Origin: Candidatus Pelethosoma merdigallinarum
GTDB lineage: Bacteria > Bacillota_I > Bacilli_A > RF39 > UBA660
DNA: 54,239 bases
Reading direction: 5' to 3'
NCBI GenBank assembly: GCA_018716065.1
Contig: DVKJ01000037.1
Location: 1-54,239, forward strand
Positions 51,215 through 54,239 of this stretch are shown here, in pieces; position 1 is the first letter of the stretch; the number at the start of each line of letters is the position of its first letter. The notes under the pieces were generated by a model. The model saw only the letters and a list, made by a program, of their open reading frames with translations, ran no database searches and was not told the DNA's origin. Position numbers and translations under genes: made by a program.

Positions 51215-51853
51215 TTATTGTAACTCACTTTTTTTAATAATATAAGTTTTATTCTTTGTATAAAACGCATAAAATACATCGTTTAAGGCAACATGATTCT
51301 TTTCTAATAAACGCGAAATCCATCGTTCGTCCTTGTTTAATTCTTTTAAAACCAATTGATCAATCACACCATCTACAATAAGAGGAAGTGGATAATCCTT
51401 ACATTGTTGAAATACTGATAGCTTCCCATTATTCTCTAATACGGCATAATCAACTTCTTCAATACTTTTAATTTGTTGTTCACGTAATTGACTCATTAAA
51501 TCATCTAAACTATATCGTAATTTTGTCATACGGTGAAACTGGATCTTTCCATTTTTAATTACGACTGTTGGATCACCATCAATAAACTTTCTAATCTTGG
51601 AATTTTTTAAAGATATAAAACTTAATACAACTTGAACGAATACTAAAGTAAGAATCGGAATAACCGAAACTAAAATTGATGAATTTGGTCGTTCAATAGA
51701 CATCGCTGCTAGTTCCGCAATTAAGATCGAAACAATTAAATCAACAATACCTAACTTTCCTACTTCTTTCTTTCCCATAATTCGATAAACTAAAATAATA
51801 AAAAAATATAGAAATAATGTTTTAAAAAACATGATCCCGTACATATCCATCAC
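51215..51853 (-). CDS. DUF421 (YetF/YrbG) family membrane protein
   Basis: RIMGKKEVGKL...DL, IDGDPTVVIKNG, LREQ, YAVLENNGKLSV. Confidence 0.92.
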   Translation of the reverse strand: MMDMYGIMFFKTLFLYFFIILVYRIMGKKEVGKLGIVDLIVSILIAELAAMSIERPNSSILVSVIPILTLVFVQVVLSFISLKNSKIRKFIDGDPTVVIKNGKIQFHRMTKLRYSLDDLMSQLREQQIKSIEEVDYAVLENNGKLSVFQQCKDYPLPLIVDGVIDQLVLKELNKDERWISRLLEKNHVALNDVFYAFYTKNKTYIIKKSELQ

Positions 51854-51948
51854 CTATTAAATATTGAACAACCTTTTTCTTTTTATACAAGAAATTTTTA
51901 CTTCTTTTTAAAATATATAAAACATATAGTATAACAGGAGGAATTCTC

Positions 51949-52323
51949 ATGAACATTATTTATTTAAAAAACTTTATGAAAACGTTAGGTTTATGTATTG
52001 GATTATTTTTAGTCATCACTCTATTAGCAACGGCATTAAACTTTTTTAATGTGATTACTACTAATACCATGGGAATTTTTAAAATGATTATTCCCGTGAT
52101 TGCATTGTTAATTAGTGGAATTTACTTAGGAAGTAAAGCCAAAAATAAAGGTTGGAAAGAAGGATTAAAATTAAGTGTCTTTATTATTCTTCTTCTCCTC
52201 TTCTTCCATCTTGTTTGGATGAATGAAACCTTTGGAATGAAAAACATTCTCTATTATGCGATTCTTTTAATATCAGGAATGGTTGGAAGTATGGTAGGAA
52301 TCAACATAAAAAGGAAAAACTAA
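51949..52323 (+). CDS. YrzE-like (TIGR04086-type) four-TM membrane protein
   Basis: Four hydrophobic helices, G...G.K...KGW..G and GSMVGIN; divergent from the DUF421 gene as in Bacillus. Confidence 0.8.
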   Translation: MNIIYLKNFMKTLGLCIGLFLVITLLATALNFFNVITTNTMGIFKMIIPVIALLISGIYLGSKAKNKGWKEGLKLSVFIILLLLFFHLVWMNETFGMKNILYYAILLISGMVGSMVGINIKRKN

Positions 52324-53757
52324 CTATTTTTCCTTTTTGTATACTTTATTAGTCGTAATATTCATTACTTCATCCGCATAAACAAAATGATAATTTCCCA
52401 TTTGTAACTGTTCTTTCACATCATCATTCATGATATCCAACAAGTGATACGGTACATAAGCTTTTATTTTTAAATCTGTATCTTCTTCTGAAGAAAGTGA
52501 AGAAAAACGCTTATAAATATCTGATTCTTTCATCTGATATTCTTCCGCTAAAGTTTGAAACAATTGTTTCGTTATTTTTTCTAAATATATCAAATAATCA
52601 GAACTATGAATATCTATGTTATCTTGATAAGTAACATAATAAGATTGATAAAAAGACTCTAACTGACCCAAATACCACTTATAAAAGAATAAAATATCAT
52701 CTAATGGAATATCTTTATTTTTAACATAGTTTAATAGATGAATCGTATAATTTTTTAATAAACTAGAACTAAAATCCCCATACATTTCTCTTCGGATATT
52801 CGCACGATCTGTCGCATCGATATTTTTACCATGAAGCTTTTTATAATATCGGTTTAAATCATCATTTTGTTTAAAAGATAAAAATTCCATCGTATTCATG
52901 ACATCGTATAACTCTTTCGATTCTCCTTCAAACAAATGAATCATCTTTTTCAAATCGTTGTGTAAAATGGCATCTTGAATTGCGATGGTTCCCTTTGAAT
53001 TCGAAAATAAATACGAATTAATAAATAAGCGATATAAATCTTCTTCTAAAGGATAACTACTAAATTCACTTTCATAATTAGTAGATGCAAAAGCTTCTTG
53101 AATGACATAATTACCAAATCCTGGCTGACATTCCAAAGAATGACATGGGCATGGATTTTGTTCCATATGTGATAATTCATGAAGAAAAGAATTTTGAGCA
53201 AGTGTTTGAAAATACATTTCTTCTCCCATAATTTGTGAACGAATCACAGAATCGTAAACCGTAATCATATTATAAGCTGTATTATAAGACATTAAGGCAT
53301 CCGAATCTTCTTTCGTTTCGACGATTGCTAAAGAAGATAAAGAATGAGAAAAAGCTTCTAATTCTTCATGATCACAACGTTCTTTCATATCCGTAATCAC
53401 TTCTTTTAAAGAATATTCAAAAGCATCTAAATATTCTTCACCCAATTCTTTATATTCAGGAAGAGCCTTTAAAAAAGGCTTAGAATTTTCCAAAATCATA
53501 TCAGTAATATTCGATACATCCTGATCTAAAACAGAAGTATGATTCTCAGAACAACTATAATCAACACCTTTATAATCTTTCCAGTCTGAATACGATTGAC
53601 TTAATTCATAAATTCCTTCGTATTCATATTCTATTTTAACGTTATTAATTGCTTTTTCAAATGCGGATTGATCTTCAATCGTCGCACTCATGGTTGTCAT
53701 CGTTCCGCCTGTTAATAATATTAAGAGAGAAGCTTTCGCTTTCTTCGTTAGTTTCAT
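52324..53757 (-). CDS. Putative exported protein with HExxH zincin-like motif
   Basis: Basic/hydrophobic N-terminus, FLHELSHMEQ, then IQEAFA. Confidence 0.75.
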   Translation of the reverse strand: MKLTKKAKASLLILLTGGTMTTMSATIEDQSAFEKAINNVKIEYEYEGIYELSQSYSDWKDYKGVDYSCSENHTSVLDQDVSNITDMILENSKPFLKALPEYKELGEEYLDAFEYSLKEVITDMKERCDHEELEAFSHSLSSLAIVETKEDSDALMSYNTAYNMITVYDSVIRSQIMGEEMYFQTLAQNSFLHELSHMEQNPCPCHSLECQPGFGNYVIQEAFASTNYESEFSSYPLEEDLYRLFINSYLFSNSKGTIAIQDAILHNDLKKMIHLFEGESKELYDVMNTMEFLSFKQNDDLNRYYKKLHGKNIDATDRANIRREMYGDFSSSLLKNYTIHLLNYVKNKDIPLDDILFFYKWYLGQLESFYQSYYVTYQDNIDIHSSDYLIYLEKITKQLFQTLAEEYQMKESDIYKRFSSLSSEEDTDLKIKAYVPYHLLDIMNDDVKEQLQMGNYHFVYADEVMNITTNKVYKKEK

Positions 53758-53850
53758 AGTTTTCACCCCAGTAGACCTATTGTATCACTTTTTATGGTTT
53801 TGTCAATTTCTTTTCTCACAAAAAAGACACTTCATTTTGTGCCTTTTTGA

Positions 53851-54239
53851 TTATATTTCATATGGATTATCATAACTCCCATTTCCATCAAGAATTTGAA
53901 CATCAGGACCAATCATAATCACTGGGCGCACACCGTTCGCATCCGACACGCCATAATTAATCACAAAGCCATCGATGCTCACGAGCCACGCATTCGATGC
54001 ACTATATGGCGTAGTTGTCCAAAAATATTGTGAATTTAACAAATAACTTGAACTGCCACTTGCCAGATTATATTCATCCAATGATAATAAACCAATAGGT
54101 TTCTGTATACTTGATAAATTACTAGTACAGGTTGTTCTTGATGAAGATGAAGAAGTTGTTGTTTCACTACACCATGTTTGATTTACAAGTAAATCTTTAT
54201 GTTCTAACTTTGGATAAAAATAATTATTTAACCAATCAT
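53851..54239 (-). CDS. 3' end of a surface protein, second putative DGR target (5' part outside window)
   Basis: The frame is open to the window edge: DWLNNYFY...PIGLLSLDEY...YFWTTTP..AWLV..G.V....V....GVRPVI...GNGSYDNPY. This is the same C-terminal domain as in the 34887 gene. Confidence 0.85.
   Translation of the reverse strand, partial: DWLNNYFYPKLEHKDLLVNQTWCSETTTSSSSSRTTCTSNLSSIQKPIGLLSLDEYNLASGSSSYLLNSQYFWTTTPYSASNAWLVSIDGFVINYGVSDANGVRPVIMIGPDVQILDGNGSYDNPYEI
53915..54025 (-). other. Putative DGR variable region VR2
   Basis: 53 of 100 nt are G/C at 53921-54020 by manual count. None of 24 consecutive codons ends in A, and the region reads as an adenine-mutated AAY-rich template. Confidence 0.72.

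Noticed and set aside
34828-54239. A DGR template repeat or reverse transcriptase inside the window
   Set aside because: Reading the intergenic regions by eye showed no AAC-rich copy of either variable region, and I saw no ORF with RT motifs such as a YxDD box in RT context.

Overview
AT-rich chromosomal window read with the standard bacterial genetic code, with nearly all genes on the minus strand. Gene content and order suggest a reduced-genome Bacilli lineage such as RF39 or Erysipelotrichales; this is an inference. The housekeeping backbone is rpsL-rpsG-fusA-tuf, rpsO-pnp, truB, cysK-cysS, tRNA-Ile2 and tRNA-Leu, ppdK, xerC, trmB, secDF-relA-dtd, and a Bacillus-like yrzE/yrbG/spoVB/comN block. 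Many orphan ORFs are interspersed in it. The strongest signal is two surface-protein genes (34887-37826 and the truncated 53851-54239) whose 3' ends look like diversity-generating retroelement (DGR) variable regions. Each has a local GC jump to about 53-56%, A-free codons at conserved residues, NNC/NNT codons at variable positions and a GVRPVI end motif. I found no reverse transcriptase or template repeat in the window, and the two regions appear to come from different templates. Other notable items: a shared G9-tract promoter motif at two sites, one apparently cut by a RIT-like recombinase remnant; a type III CptIN toxin-antitoxin locus with covarying pseudoknot repeats inside a degraded serine-recombinase islet; a ClpX paralog lacking the zinc-binding domain and the IGF loop; several HExxH orphan proteins; and sigmaE-like promoters.
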